NCBI GenBank assembly: GCA_963804005.1 | Contig: CAWDOP010000007.1 | Span: forward strand, 15,562-79,561 | DNA length: 64,000 nucleotides | Source of the DNA: an uncultured Ignavibacteriaceae bacterium | GTDB taxonomy: Bacteria > Bacteroidota > Ignavibacteria > Ignavibacteriales > Ignavibacteriaceae | Direction: 5' to 3' | In this document: positions 18,375 through 29,342 of the stretch, one piece after another | Layout: each line of letters opens with the position of its first letter | Position numbering within the stretch: the first letter of the stretch is position 1 | Position numbers and translations under genes: made by a program | The notes under the pieces: model-generated | Database searches by the model: none | What the model saw: only the letters and a program-made list of their open reading frames with translations | Told to the model about the DNA's origin: nothing

Positions 18375-20006
18375 TTGCTAAATTACGTCTGGCTTACTCT
18401 TCTTTTTCTGGGAATAGTGTCTGCAACATATCTTGATATATCCGATTTCACTTCAAACAAATACAATAATAATAAATCACTTAATGCATCAATACATTTT
18501 GAGGAAGGCGAGGTAAGTGATTCTGAAAAAGAAACAGCAGTTATAAAAATAAATGCAAATAATCTTTCAACATTTTACACTACTGAAATTTCTAAAGATA
18601 TTGAGACAAAAATAATTCTTTCACCTGCCGATGAAAATGGCAAAAGACAATTTGTTATTAATGTTTCAGATCAATCACCGGAAATTTGGAAAGAAATTGC
18701 CCCGCTGGCTGGTAAAGATAATGATATAGGCGGCACAGTAATTCTAAATAAAAAGACTGAAAATAATATTATTTATGCTCAATTGTATTTTGAAGAAATT
18801 AGTTTTGTCTGGCTCAAAAAAGTTACTAACGACGCAATAAAAATTTCTCAGGTGGCTGTTGAAATTGCTTTGGGCTTAATTGGTATTATGGCTTTATGGC
18901 TTGGAGTTATGAGGGTTGCTGAAGATGCCGGGTTAATTAAAATGATTGCTCGTGCTCTGAATCCCATTACCAGGAGATTATTTCCTGAGGTTCCTCCGGA
19001 TCATCCAGCAATTGGTGCAATGGTAATGAATATGTCGGCAAATATGCTTGGACTTGGAAATGCAGCAACGCCATTTGGTTTGAAAGCTATGGAGGAACTT
19101 GATAAACTAAATACGAACAAAGGTACGGCAACTAATTCAATGGTAACTTTTCTGGCAATTAATACTGCCGGAATGACTTTGATTCCTGCAACTGCAATTG
19201 CTGTAAGGGCTGCATCGGGAAGTGCCAATCCAACTGTTATAATTGGTACATCAATATTTGGTGCCTTTTGTGCCGTTGTTACAGGACTAACTGCTGCTAA
19301 ATTGTTTGAAAAATTCCCGATTCCAAAAGGGCAATTTACCGGATGGTTAAAACAAAACCGCAAACTTTTTTATTTTTTGTTTTCATTAGTAGCATTTGGT
19401 TCTGTTATTGCTTTTACTGGTATTGGAAGTTTCCTAGGTTCTTTCTTTGGTGATTCTTTTGCAGAAGTATTTAAATCTTTAATTCAAATTGTTTCTATAG
19501 TAGCTATACCCTTATTGATCTTTGTATTCATTGGTTACGGAGCACTAAAAAAAGTTAAAGTATATGAACAATTTGTTGAAGGTGCAAAAGAAGGATTTAA
19601 TATCGCAGTAAAAATAATTCCTTATCTCGTTGCAATGTTATTTGCAATAGGTATTTTCAGAGCAGGCGGAGCAATGGATAACTGGCTTATTCCTCTTCTT
19701 CGTTATGTTACTGATCCTATTGGATTTCCTGCAGAGGCGCTGCCTATGGCGCTTATGCGACCTCTTTCAGGCAGTGGTTCACTTGGTATTATGGCTGAAA
19801 CTATGGCTGTGCACGGTCCGGATTCATTCATAGGTATTCTCGTATCAACTTTCTTCGGTAGTACCGAAACTACATTTTATGTACTTGCTGTTTATTTTGG
19901 AGCTGTTAATGTTAAAAATACAAGGCACGCCTTACCAGCAGGATTGCTTGCTGATGTTGCCGGTATTCTTGGTGCATTCTTTATAGTTAAGCTTTTATTT
20001 GGATAA
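18375..20006 (+). CDS. Nucleoside-recognition (Gate) domain membrane protein, SpmA/SpmB-like fusion
   Basis: 543 aa and polytopic, with a SpmA-like segment VAVEIALGLIGIMALWLGVMRVAEDAGLI and a second Gate-like half. TTG start. Confidence 0.7.
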   Translation: MLNYVWLTLLFLGIVSATYLDISDFTSNKYNNNKSLNASIHFEEGEVSDSEKETAVIKINANNLSTFYTTEISKDIETKIILSPADENGKRQFVINVSDQSPEIWKEIAPLAGKDNDIGGTVILNKKTENNIIYAQLYFEEISFVWLKKVTNDAIKISQVAVEIALGLIGIMALWLGVMRVAEDAGLIKMIARALNPITRRLFPEVPPDHPAIGAMVMNMSANMLGLGNAATPFGLKAMEELDKLNTNKGTATNSMVTFLAINTAGMTLIPATAIAVRAASGSANPTVIIGTSIFGAFCAVVTGLTAAKLFEKFPIPKGQFTGWLKQNRKLFYFLFSLVAFGSVIAFTGIGSFLGSFFGDSFAEVFKSLIQIVSIVAIPLLIFVFIGYGALKKVKVYEQFVEGAKEGFNIAVKIIPYLVAMLFAIGIFRAGGAMDNWLIPLLRYVTDPIGFPAEALPMALMRPLSGSGSLGIMAETMAVHGPDSFIGILVSTFFGSTETTFYVLAVYFGAVNVKNTRHALPAGLLADVAGILGAFFIVKLLFG

Positions 20007-20316
20007 TCTAATTGGATCATCTATGCTGATAAGAGATGTTTTGAAGATAATTATAACTTTTTATGTCAGTGCTGTATTAATCTATATTTTACTTCACATA
20101 GGATCAGGGGAAGGATTGTATTTTTTCAATGCTTTTTTACCTGCAAGATTATATGAAAAATTCGTTTCAAGACCTGAAGGCATATTGTACACATTATTGC
20201 TATTTATCTTCATAATAAAATTTAATTTTCTTAGAAGACTTAAAATTGATTATTGGACTGGAAGAGCCTGGCCTTGGAAAGGTGAAGGTGAGCGACCATT
20301 TGAAAAAGAAAAATGA
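19999..20316 (+). CDS. Small hypothetical membrane protein
   Basis: 105 aa with two hydrophobic segments. Overlaps the preceding gene by 8 nt. Confidence 0.4.
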   Translation: MDNLIGSSMLIRDVLKIIITFYVSAVLIYILLHIGSGEGLYFFNAFLPARLYEKFVSRPEGILYTLLLFIFIIKFNFLRRLKIDYWTGRAWPWKGEGERPFEKEK

Positions 20317-20333
20317 AAATTTTTGAATAAAAT

Positions 20334-21281
20334 ATGAAAGTATTCATAACACGTAAAATTCCAGAAATTGGTCTTAAGCTATTAAGAAAAAAGTATGATG
20401 TTAAAGTTCACAATTCGCCGTCGCCAATCTCAAAATCAGCATTAATAAGTAATGTTAAAAATTGTGATGCATTGATTCCACTTCTCACTGATAAGGTTGA
20501 TAAAGAACTCATCGATAAAATGAAACGATGTAAAATAATTGCAAACTATGCGGTTGGCTATAATAATATTGATGTTGAATACGCAAAATCTAAAGGAATT
20601 GTAGTAACCAACACTCCTGATGTATTAACAGACTCAACGGCTGATCTGGCAATGACTCTTACTTTAGCGTGTGCAAGACGGTTTAATGAGGGTGAAGAAG
20701 TAATGCGAAATAACAAATTTGCCGGCTGGCATCCTACTTTTCTGCTCGGAATGGAATTGAAAAATAAAACTTTTGGAATTCTTGGCGCCGGAAGAATTGG
20801 TACCGCAACAGCAATAAGAGCCAACGGTTTTGGCTGTAAAATTCTTTACTATTCCATCGAACGAAATAAATACCTTGAGCAAAAAACAAAAGCAAAAAAA
20901 GTATCTCTTGAAAATCTTCTTAAGAATTCTGATATAATTTCAATTCATCTGCCGCTTAATTCAAGAACTGACTGTCTTTTGGACAGAAAGAAATTAGAGT
21001 TGCTCAAGACATCTGCTATATTAATTAACACAGCCAGAGGCGAAATTGTTGATGAAAAGTATCTAATCAGGATTCTGAAAAATAAGAGGATTTTTTCTGC
21101 AGGATTTGATGTATATGAAAATGAGCCTGAAATAAATCCTGAATTGATTAAATTAAAAAATGTTGTACTGCTTCCTCATCTTGGCAGTGCAACTATTGAT
21201 GCAAGAAATGCAATGTCATTGCTTTGTGCAAAAAACGTTGATGCAGTTTTAAGCGGAAAAAAACCGATTACGCCGGTCTGA
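20334..21281 (+). CDS. D-isomer-specific 2-hydroxyacid dehydrogenase (glyoxylate/hydroxypyruvate reductase-like)
   Basis: 315 aa with NAD motif GILGAGRIG and catalytic-region motifs INTARG and LPHLGSAT. Confidence 0.85.
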   Translation: MKVFITRKIPEIGLKLLRKKYDVKVHNSPSPISKSALISNVKNCDALIPLLTDKVDKELIDKMKRCKIIANYAVGYNNIDVEYAKSKGIVVTNTPDVLTDSTADLAMTLTLACARRFNEGEEVMRNNKFAGWHPTFLLGMELKNKTFGILGAGRIGTATAIRANGFGCKILYYSIERNKYLEQKTKAKKVSLENLLKNSDIISIHLPLNSRTDCLLDRKKLELLKTSAILINTARGEIVDEKYLIRILKNKRIFSAGFDVYENEPEINPELIKLKNVVLLPHLGSATIDARNAMSLLCAKNVDAVLSGKKPITPV

Positions 21282-21352
21282 TTTGCCGGATTATGTTGAT
21301 AACCAATCCCCGAATAGATATTTTTACAAACAAAAATAAAGTGAATATTTAA

Positions 21353-22477
21353 ATGAGAATTGGAATACCGAGAGAATCTCTTTATGAAGAAAAGAGAGTA
21401 TCGCTGACACCCGCAGGTGTTGATGCTTTAGTAAGAGCCGGACATACTGTTTATATTGAAACAGAAGCCGGGTTCGAAAGTCACTTCAGCGATGAAGAAT
21501 ATGCTAAAATTGGTGCAAACATTGTCTATAGCGCGGAAGAAGTTTTTGGAAGAGCAGAAATGATTGTGAAAGTTGCACCTCTGACTTTTGAAGAAGCTAA
21601 AATGCTTCAGGAAAATCAGATTATATTTTCATTTCTTCACCTTGCCGTAGCAAAAAAGAACATTATAGAAATTCTGCTCAAAAAGAATGTTACGGCAATT
21701 GGATATGAACTTATCGAAGATGAAGAAGGCAAATTACCAGTGCTTCATACGATGAGTGAAATTGCCGGACAGCTTGCTATACAAGTTGCGGAAAGACAAC
21801 TTGAGAGCTTTAGCAGCGGAAGCAGAGGTATTTTACTCGGTGGAATTACTGGAGTTGCTCCTGCTGCGGTTGTAATCCTTGGTGCCGGAGTTGCAGGAAT
21901 TTCTGCTGCTCGTGCTGCTCTTGGAAGAGGTGCACAGGTTATTGTACTTGATAAGGACTTAAATCGGCTCCGACAGATTGATACTCAGTTCCGTAAAAAA
22001 GTAACAACTGTAATGGCTAATTCTTATACAATATCAAGAGGTGTAAAATTTGCGGATGTTTTAATTGGTGCTGTTTTAATCAAAGGAGTAAAGGCTCCTC
22101 ATCTTGTATCTGAAGAGATGGTTAAACAAATGAAAAAAGGTGCTGTAATTGTTGATATTTCGATTGATCAGGGGGGATGTGTTGAAACTAGTCGTATTAC
22201 AACGCTTTCTGATCCGGTTTATCAACTTCATAATATTATTCATTATTGTGTGCCGAATATGCCAGCTGTTGTTGCCCGAACTGCAAGTTATGGTTTAAAC
22301 AATGCCACAATAGAGTATATTATGGATATAGCCGATAACGGTTTATTAAACGCTTTAATTGGTGATCTCGGTCTAGCTAAAGGTGTTTGCACTCACAATA
22401 ATTATTGTTGTAATGAACCATTGGCCAATACGTTCAATATTGAATATAGAAGACTTCACGTTTTTTCTACGAATTGA
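21353..22477 (+). CDS. ald: Alanine dehydrogenase
   Basis: 374 aa. N-terminus MRIGIPRE..EKRV.LTPAGV, NAD motif VILGAGVAG and DISIDQGG. Confidence 0.9.
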   Translation: MRIGIPRESLYEEKRVSLTPAGVDALVRAGHTVYIETEAGFESHFSDEEYAKIGANIVYSAEEVFGRAEMIVKVAPLTFEEAKMLQENQIIFSFLHLAVAKKNIIEILLKKNVTAIGYELIEDEEGKLPVLHTMSEIAGQLAIQVAERQLESFSSGSRGILLGGITGVAPAAVVILGAGVAGISAARAALGRGAQVIVLDKDLNRLRQIDTQFRKKVTTVMANSYTISRGVKFADVLIGAVLIKGVKAPHLVSEEMVKQMKKGAVIVDISIDQGGCVETSRITTLSDPVYQLHNIIHYCVPNMPAVVARTASYGLNNATIEYIMDIADNGLLNALIGDLGLAKGVCTHNNYCCNEPLANTFNIEYRRLHVFSTN

Positions 22478-22518
22478 AATTAATGAATTGTTTTTATGAA
22501 TCTAATAGAAAATAAATT

Positions 22519-23874
22519 ATGACAGCAGCAGATGAAATAGCTTATAAGAAGGCGATACCAACAAATCTTTTGAAAATATACAACAGCAAAGTAGTAACTT
22601 CTGATATAGCAGTTAAAAGTATTAAATCCGGTGACAATGTAGTAGTGCAACCCGGTTGCGCAATACCTCACGAATTAGTAAGAGCGCTAGTAAGAAGAAA
22701 AGACGAACTTACCAATGTAACAATATATCATATTCTGGTGGTTGGTCCGTTGCCTTATGTTGAACCGGGAATGGAAAAGCATTTTAAGCACAAAGCTTTC
22801 TTCATTGGCGGAAATACTAGAAAAGCAGTTAATGAAGGAAGAGCAGAATTCATCCCGATCTTTTTATCGGAAGTTCCGCTTCTTTTTAAGAAAAATATAA
22901 TTCAAACAGATGTTGCTCTATTACAGCTTTCTCCACCTGATGAACACGGTTTCTGTTCTTATGGTGTTGATGTAGGCACAATTAAAGCTGCCGCTGAAAA
23001 AGCTAAAGTTATTATTGCCCAGATTAATCAAAATATGCCTAGAACTTTGGGAGATAGTTTTATTCACATTAATAAAATTCATCATATTGTTGAATGTGAT
23101 GAAGAACTGGAAGAACTTCCACAGATCGATCCGGATGCAACTCCGGAAATGCTGGAAGTGTTTGATAAAATTGGTAAGTACATTGCAGATATGGTTGAAG
23201 ATGGTTCTACTTTGCAAATGGGCATTGGTGCAATACCGGATTCAGTTATGAAATATCTGACTGATAAAAAAGATCTCGGAATTCATACAGAAATGTTTTC
23301 AGACGGCATAATTGAACTAGTTGAAAGGGGGATAATAAGCGGCGAGAAAAAAACACTTCACCCGGGGAAGATAATTGCCGGCTTTGTTCTTGGAACAAGA
23401 AAAGTATATGATTTTATTGATAACAATCCAATAATTGAATTTCATCCACAAGAATATGTCAACGATCCTCTTATAATAGCCAAGAACAATAAAATGGTTG
23501 CAATTAACTCCGCAATTGAAGTTGATCTTACTGGGCAGGTTTGCTCTGATTCTATAGGTACAAAATTCTACAGCGGAATTGGCGGACAAGTGGATTTTAT
23601 TCGCGGAGCAGCCAGAAGTGAAGGCGGTAAACCAATAATTGCTCTGCCTTCAACTACTAAGGACGGAAAAATTTCAAAAATTGTTCCTATGCTTAAACAA
23701 GGTGCCGGCGTTGTTACTTCTCGTGGTGATGTTCACTATGTTGTAACAGAATATGGCGTTGCTCATCTTTTTGGAAAAACAATTCAGGAGAGAGCTAAAG
23801 CTTTAATTGAAATTTCTCATCCAAAATTCAGGGATGAATTACTTAAGTACTCTAAAGAAGTTTTTAATATCTAA
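22519..23874 (+). CDS. Acetyl-CoA hydrolase/transferase family protein (4-hydroxybutyrate CoA-transferase-like)
   Basis: 451 aa with family motifs LQMGIGAIPD, HTEMFSDG and INSAIEVDLTGQV..D. Confidence 0.85.
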   Translation: MTAADEIAYKKAIPTNLLKIYNSKVVTSDIAVKSIKSGDNVVVQPGCAIPHELVRALVRRKDELTNVTIYHILVVGPLPYVEPGMEKHFKHKAFFIGGNTRKAVNEGRAEFIPIFLSEVPLLFKKNIIQTDVALLQLSPPDEHGFCSYGVDVGTIKAAAEKAKVIIAQINQNMPRTLGDSFIHINKIHHIVECDEELEELPQIDPDATPEMLEVFDKIGKYIADMVEDGSTLQMGIGAIPDSVMKYLTDKKDLGIHTEMFSDGIIELVERGIISGEKKTLHPGKIIAGFVLGTRKVYDFIDNNPIIEFHPQEYVNDPLIIAKNNKMVAINSAIEVDLTGQVCSDSIGTKFYSGIGGQVDFIRGAARSEGGKPIIALPSTTKDGKISKIVPMLKQGAGVVTSRGDVHYVVTEYGVAHLFGKTIQERAKALIEISHPKFRDELLKYSKEVFNI

Positions 23875-23883
23875 ATTTGAAAA

Positions 23884-24585
23884 ATGATTGCTGTAATTGG
23901 TGACATTCACGGTTGCTTTAATACTTTAGAAAAATTAATAGATAAAATTTCTGATAAATACGCTGATATACCGCTTTACTGTGTTGGCGATCTTGTTGAT
24001 AGAGGAAATTTTAGTTATGAAGTAATGGAATTTTTTCTCGAGCATAAGATTCTTTTCACTCCCGGCAATCACGATTTTATGTTTTATTATTATATGAAAG
24101 ATCCATCAAGTGTAATGGGTCGCGCCTGGCATCATAACGGTTCAGAAACTACATTACGATCTTATCAGGGAAGATGGGAAAAAGTTAATGCTCATCTTGA
24201 AATGGTAAAAGAAGCACCGTTGTTTATAAATCATAAAGATTGTTTTATTTCTCACGCAGGCATTTCAACATATTACAAAAGTAAATTTAAAGATGATATC
24301 CTTGGTGATATTGAATTACTTGAAAATATTTTTAGGAAGGACTTAATTGAAGAGCACGGATTATTATGGACAAGAGATCAGTTAATGAATATCGGTAAGC
24401 TTCAAATTGTTGGTCACACTCGTTTTGCAGAGCCAAAACACGACCTTCTGAAAAATGTGTTATACATAGACACCGCCGCCGTTGCTAATAATAAACTTTC
24501 TGCGGCGATTGTTGATGAAAATAAAATTATAGAAATAATATCTCAAGAAACTATTCCAATAGATACTACGCACACAAGTTTCTGA
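23884..24585 (+). CDS. Metallophosphoesterase (PPP-family Ser/Thr phosphatase / ApaH-like)
   Basis: Motifs GDIHG, GDLVDRG and GNHD in the canonical order. Confidence 0.8.
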   Translation: MIAVIGDIHGCFNTLEKLIDKISDKYADIPLYCVGDLVDRGNFSYEVMEFFLEHKILFTPGNHDFMFYYYMKDPSSVMGRAWHHNGSETTLRSYQGRWEKVNAHLEMVKEAPLFINHKDCFISHAGISTYYKSKFKDDILGDIELLENIFRKDLIEEHGLLWTRDQLMNIGKLQIVGHTRFAEPKHDLLKNVLYIDTAAVANNKLSAAIVDENKIIEIISQETIPIDTTHTSF

Positions 24586-24608
24586 TCATTCCGTTCAAAA
24601 TTTTCAAA

Positions 24609-26300
24609 TCAAACATCATTACTAAAATACTTAATTCCGGTTGACACTGATAAATAAGAGATAATTGAAGCAAGTGAACCTAAGATTAGTGTTGTATATA
24701 ATAATTCTGTGATTGAAATCATCCTACCTGTTTGAATGGCATCGAAGTAATTGCTGATCGGAAAAAATAAAAGTATGATCAGGAAAACCAAATAAATAAT
24801 AGTGAAAAGAAATGTTAATGAAGCTCCTTGTGAAGAGGCAATTCTTATCGGATTTCTTTCTTTATAATTTGCAAAAATTGCCCCCATACCAAAGTTTAGT
24901 GCTACAAGAGTAACCGTTATAAAAAAAGTGTTTATTTGTGAAATTGCAGCAAGCTGAATAGAAAATTTGTAATTAGAAAAAAAGTTCAGTAACTGTCCGA
25001 TTAGAAAGATTATTGAAAAATAAATAAGTAATCTTGAAATAAGTAATTTTTTATAATTCAAAGGTGAACTTCTGATTTTCCAAATTGTTTCTCCTTCAAG
25101 ACTTATTAATGGAAAAACGAACCTTAGTGATAATGATGCAATAAGAAAAACATTAAACAGATATACAATCAAATAAACGAGAGTTTTAATTTGAGTGTTA
25201 TACGCGTTCATAATTATAACATCAATGCTTCCTAATGAAGAAATAAAAACTGTTATGAGAAAGAGCATAACTAACAAGTGTGTCCATTGACTGGGTTCCC
25301 TAAAGAACATAAGAAATTCACGTTTCAGTACTGCTTCACGTTGTGGTGTTAGTGAAGTATCATTTTCAAAGCTGAAGATTTTATTCCTGCTTTTTCTTTT
25401 CACCACCAGATCCGTTGGTAAGTCTAAAGATACAAGCCAGGTTTTGTAATACCATATCTTTGCTAAAAAAAGAGCCAGAATAAATATTAAAATCGAAATC
25501 ACATCCATAAGATAAACATACCACAAAGCTGCTGTGACATTTCCGGAGACTATCCAATATAATGCTTCTGAAATCCAGTAATTTGGTAGAAGTCTTATGG
25601 CAGGATTTTCAAGAAAACCGAAATAATTATTTAAGTTCGGAAAGTACTCGAATACTTTATTAACAAGTTCAACAGGACTGCTGAAATAATAAAACGAAAT
25701 AGTTGCTGTTCCATAAATTCCGAAAAGTAATCCCAGTACTTTTTTTATGCCGATTCTTGCTGCAAATCTTAGAATCAATAATAGTACAATTGCACCGAGA
25801 GATCCGGCAATAAACATAAATGGTAATATTAGAAAGGTTATTGAGAGGGGAATAAAATACCAGGGCAGCTTAAAATATTCAGCATAACCAAAAACTACTG
25901 CTGTTATGACCAATAATAGAGTAGATGAACTATAAAAAAAGTTATCAAAAAATTTTATTAAAAATAATTTTGTAAAGGAGACAGGTTTTGTCATAAGAAA
26001 ACCTACTTCCGTTGTTCTGTATAAAGTTGAATAGGATACAACTATATTTCCTATGTTTACCGCCATAAAGAAGATAAAAAGAACCACAAAAATAAATCTG
26101 TGAAGAAGAAAAATTCCTATCTTCACATCTTCAAGAAGATATTTAATTGTACTGCTTGTAAACAAGTACGTTGCATAAGCAAAAACAAAATACACTATTA
26201 CTGTACCGGAGCTTCGGAGAAGAGAGTTGAAGCCAAATTTCCCTTCCAGTTTTATAAAGGTAAGAAGTTTGAACTTTATTATGTGAAAAAGGATAGCCAT
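24609..26300 (-). CDS. Polytopic membrane protein, putative ABC exporter permease partner
   Basis: 563 aa with about 12 or more hydrophobic segments. Its start overlaps the ATPase stop (TAATG). Confidence 0.6.
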   Translation of the reverse strand: MAILFHIIKFKLLTFIKLEGKFGFNSLLRSSGTVIVYFVFAYATYLFTSSTIKYLLEDVKIGIFLLHRFIFVVLFIFFMAVNIGNIVVSYSTLYRTTEVGFLMTKPVSFTKLFLIKFFDNFFYSSSTLLLVITAVVFGYAEYFKLPWYFIPLSITFLILPFMFIAGSLGAIVLLLILRFAARIGIKKVLGLLFGIYGTATISFYYFSSPVELVNKVFEYFPNLNNYFGFLENPAIRLLPNYWISEALYWIVSGNVTAALWYVYLMDVISILIFILALFLAKIWYYKTWLVSLDLPTDLVVKRKSRNKIFSFENDTSLTPQREAVLKREFLMFFREPSQWTHLLVMLFLITVFISSLGSIDVIIMNAYNTQIKTLVYLIVYLFNVFLIASLSLRFVFPLISLEGETIWKIRSSPLNYKKLLISRLLIYFSIIFLIGQLLNFFSNYKFSIQLAAISQINTFFITVTLVALNFGMGAIFANYKERNPIRIASSQGASLTFLFTIIYLVFLIILLFFPISNYFDAIQTGRMISITELLYTTLILGSLASIISYLSVSTGIKYFSNDV

Positions 26301-27019
26301 TATTTTGTTAAATGCAGGAATAGAGATTCGAGACTATGTTGATCTGTTCCTTTAATTTGCTCTACAACTTCTTTCTTATCTTCAAAAATCATCTGACCTT
26401 CTTTAATAATTCCAATTCTTGTACAAATCTCTTCGGCAACATTTAGGCTGTGTGTTGACATAAATATTGCCACACCTTCAGAAGCTTTCTGTTTTAAAAC
26501 GTTTTTAACAACAAGAGCACTTTGCGGGTCAAGTCCAATCATTGGTTCGTCCACAACAAGCAACCTTGGATTATGAAGCAATGCGGAAGCAATGACAATT
26601 CTTTGCTTCATTCCCTGAGAATATTCCTCAGTTCTTTTATCAACCCACAGATCAATTTTGAGCTGCTCAATTGTCTCATCAATTTTAATCTTTAATAATT
26701 TTTTTTCAATCTTATAAAGTCCACCGCAGAAATAAAGAAACTCTTTTCCAGTTAGCTTATCATAAAGAAATGGTTGGTCAGGAATGTATCCAATAAGTTT
26801 TTTTGCTTCGATAGGATTTTTTTGAATATCTATTCCGTTTATAAGAACAGTTCCAATAGTAGGCGAATAAAGTCCGGTAATCATTTTTATTGTAGTAGTT
26901 TTTCCGGCACCATTTTGCCCGAGGAAACCAAAGAAATCTCCTGCCTGAATTTCAAGATTGATATTATTTACCGCTATAAAATTTCCGAATTTCTTGGTTA
27001 GGTTAATTAATTTGAGCAT
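26300..27019 (-). CDS. ABC transporter ATP-binding protein
   Basis: Walker A GQNGAGKTT, signature YSQGMKQR and Walker B LLVVDEP. Confidence 0.9.
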   Translation of the reverse strand: MLKLINLTKKFGNFIAVNNINLEIQAGDFFGFLGQNGAGKTTTIKMITGLYSPTIGTVLINGIDIQKNPIEAKKLIGYIPDQPFLYDKLTGKEFLYFCGGLYKIEKKLLKIKIDETIEQLKIDLWVDKRTEEYSQGMKQRIVIASALLHNPRLLVVDEPMIGLDPQSALVVKNVLKQKASEGVAIFMSTHSLNVAEEICTRIGIIKEGQMIFEDKKEVVEQIKGTDQHSLESLFLHLTK

Positions 27020-27120
27020 TATTTTGATTTTTTAGTGATTTATTCAATATTTATAATAAAACATCCCCTTGCATACTATAGTTCTGCAAAACTCAGACCA
27101 AATTTAATCAGATTTAAAAT

Positions 27121-27149
27121 AAAAATGGCGAGGAATGATTCCCTCGCCA
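27121..27149 (-). terminator. Rho-independent terminator after groEL
   Basis: On the minus strand, stem GGCGAGG/CCTCGCC is followed by TTTTT. Confidence 0.65.
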
Positions 27150-27171
27150 TGAGTTAGGGGTTAACTAACTT

Positions 27172-28806
27172 TTAATACATTCCGTCCATACCGCCCATAC
27201 CTCCTGGCATTGGTGGCATTGGAGCCTCTTTCTCTTTTTTCTCATATACAACAGCTTCGGTTGTAATTAAAAGTGAAGATACAGAAGCAGCATTTTCAAG
27301 AGCAGTTCTTGTAACTTTAGTAGGATCGATAACACCTGATTTTGTAAGGTTTTCATACTTTTCTGTAGCTGCATTAAAGCCGTAATCATCTTTTCCTTCA
27401 CGAACTTTCTGCAGAACAACAGAACCCTCAAGTCCGGCGTTATTAACAATTTGTCTTAATGGCTCTTCGAGAGCTTTTTGGACAATTCGTATTCCTGTTG
27501 TCTGGTCAGCGTTTTCGCCTTTAAGTTTTTCAAGAGCTTCAATAGCTCTTACTAAAGCAACACCACCGCCGGCAACAATACCTTCTTCAACTGCAGCACG
27601 TGTAGCGTGTAAAGCATCTTCAACACGGGCTTTCTTCTCTTTCATTTCAACTTCAGTTGATGCACCAATCTTTATTACAGCAACACCGCCGGAAAGTTTT
27701 GCAAGTCGTTCCTGCAATTTTTCTTTATCATAATCAGATGTTGTTTTTTCAATTTGAGCCTTAATTTCATTAATTCTCTTTTTGATTTCTTCAGTTTTGC
27801 CTGCACCCTCCACTATTGTAGTATTATCTTTATCAATAACAACTTTTTTAGCGGTTCCAAGATATGAGACTGTTGCGCTCTCTAATTTAAATCCTCTTTC
27901 TTCAGAGATAACAGTACCACTAGTAAGAACAGCTATATCTTCTAACATAGATTTTCTTCTATCTCCGAACCCGGGAGCTTTGACTGCTGCAACTTTTAAT
28001 GTTCCGCGTATCTTATTTACTACTAAAGTAGCAAGAGCTTCACCTTCAAGATCTTCTGAAATGATAAGTAATGATTTTCCTTGTTGAGCAACTTTTTCAA
28101 GAACTGGAAGAAGATCTTTCATTGCAGAAATTTTCTTATCGTGAATTAATATAAAAGGATCTTCCAAAACTGCTTCCATTTTTTCTGCATCAGTCACGAA
28201 GTAAGGAGAAATATAGCCGCGATCGAACTGCATACCTTCAACAACATCTAATGCTGTTTCAGTACCTTTTGCTTCTTCAACTGTAATTACACCGTCTTTG
28301 CCGACTTTATCCATAGCATCAGCAATAAGATCACCAATTGATTTATCGTTATTAGCTGATACGGAACCTACCTGAGCAATTTCATTTCTTCCTTCAACTT
28401 CTTTACTAACAGATTTTAGAAATTCAACAACTTTAATCACTGCAAAGTCAATTCCTCTTTTAAGATCCATTGGATTAGCACCAGCAGTAACGTTCTTTAG
28501 TCCTTCTCTATAAATAGCTTGAGCAAGAACGGTTGCTGTTGTAGTTCCATCACCGGCAACATCACTGGTTTTGGATGCAACTTCACGAACCATTTGAGCG
28601 CCCATATTTTCGACTGGATCATCGAGTTCAATTTCTTTTGCAACTGTGACACCATCTTTTGTAACAGTTGGTGCTCCAAATTTCTTTTCAATAATAACAT
28701 TTCGTCCTTTCGGACCAAGTGTAACTTTAACTGCGTTCGCAAGCTTATCTACACCGGATTTAATTCCAGTGCGGGCTTCAACGCTGTATTCAATTAATTT
28801 CGCCAT
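27172..28806 (-). CDS. groEL: Chaperonin GroEL (Hsp60)
   Basis: 544 aa with [23 protein letters not shown] and a GGM-rich C-terminal tail. Confidence 0.98.
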   Translation of the reverse strand: MAKLIEYSVEARTGIKSGVDKLANAVKVTLGPKGRNVIIEKKFGAPTVTKDGVTVAKEIELDDPVENMGAQMVREVASKTSDVAGDGTTTATVLAQAIYREGLKNVTAGANPMDLKRGIDFAVIKVVEFLKSVSKEVEGRNEIAQVGSVSANNDKSIGDLIADAMDKVGKDGVITVEEAKGTETALDVVEGMQFDRGYISPYFVTDAEKMEAVLEDPFILIHDKKISAMKDLLPVLEKVAQQGKSLLIISEDLEGEALATLVVNKIRGTLKVAAVKAPGFGDRRKSMLEDIAVLTSGTVISEERGFKLESATVSYLGTAKKVVIDKDNTTIVEGAGKTEEIKKRINEIKAQIEKTTSDYDKEKLQERLAKLSGGVAVIKIGASTEVEMKEKKARVEDALHATRAAVEEGIVAGGGVALVRAIEALEKLKGENADQTTGIRIVQKALEEPLRQIVNNAGLEGSVVLQKVREGKDDYGFNAATEKYENLTKSGVIDPTKVTRTALENAASVSSLLITTEAVVYEKKEKEAPMPPMPGGMGGMDGMY

Positions 28807-28844
28807 AATATTTTTCCTCTTATTTTGTTTTCAATTAAAAATGA

Positions 28845-29141
28845 TTAACCAAGAATTCCAAACACATCGCTTTCGCGCATTATTAAATATTCTTCCCCTT
28901 TTATTGTAACTTCTGTTCCGCTGTATTTACCATAAAGAACTTTATCGCCAACTTTAACTTCCATTTTAATAACTGTACCATCATCAGCAATTTTACCTGG
29001 ACCTGCGGCGACGACTGTTCCTTCAACAGGTTTTTCTTTTACTGTATCAGGAAGAATTATTCCTCCGGCGGTTTTTTCTTCAGCTTCGGCAGGTTTTACA
29101 ACAATTCTGTCTGCCAATGGCTTCAAATTAATTTTGCTCAT
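28845..29141 (-). CDS. groES: Co-chaperonin GroES (Hsp10)
   Basis: [17 protein letters not shown]... with a GGAG RBS upstream of ATG 29141. The track ORF extends to 29192, but those extra 17 aa run into the CIRCE operator. Confidence 0.95.
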   Translation of the reverse strand: MSKINLKPLADRIVVKPAEAEEKTAGGIILPDTVKEKPVEGTVVAAGPGKIADDGTVIKMEVKVGDKVLYGKYSGTEVTIKGEEYLIMRESDVFGILG

Positions 29142-29185
29142 ATTTTTACTCCTTTGTTTGATTAAGTAATTTATTTGAAATGATA

Positions 29186-29212
29186 TTAGCACTCTTTAAA
29201 AGCGAGTGCTAA
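29186..29212 (-). promoter_or_regulatory. CIRCE operator (HrcA binding site)
   Basis: A perfect match to the consensus: TTAGCACTC-N9-GAGTGCTAA. Confidence 0.9.
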
Positions 29213-29239
29213 TATATCCTCTTGATAAAAATTTGTCAA
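29211..29239 (-). promoter_or_regulatory. Sigma-70-type promoter of groES-groEL
   Basis: On the minus strand, TTGACA (29239-29234), a 17-nt spacer, then TATATT (29216-29211). The -10 element abuts and overlaps CIRCE. Confidence 0.6.
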
Positions 29240-29342
29240 GCCCACAGGGGCTCAATATCAAGGAAATTTGTTAAAATATTGTTAATTTTATTAGCATTTT
29301 AGTCAAAATGTCGCAAATGTTTGCCAATTCTGAAATATTTTA

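Noticed and set aside
29142-29192. A 17-aa N-terminal extension of GroES ([17 protein letters not shown]...)
   Set aside because: The canonical GroES N-terminus MSKINLKPL starts at ATG 29141 with a GGAG RBS. The extension would begin inside the CIRCE operator.
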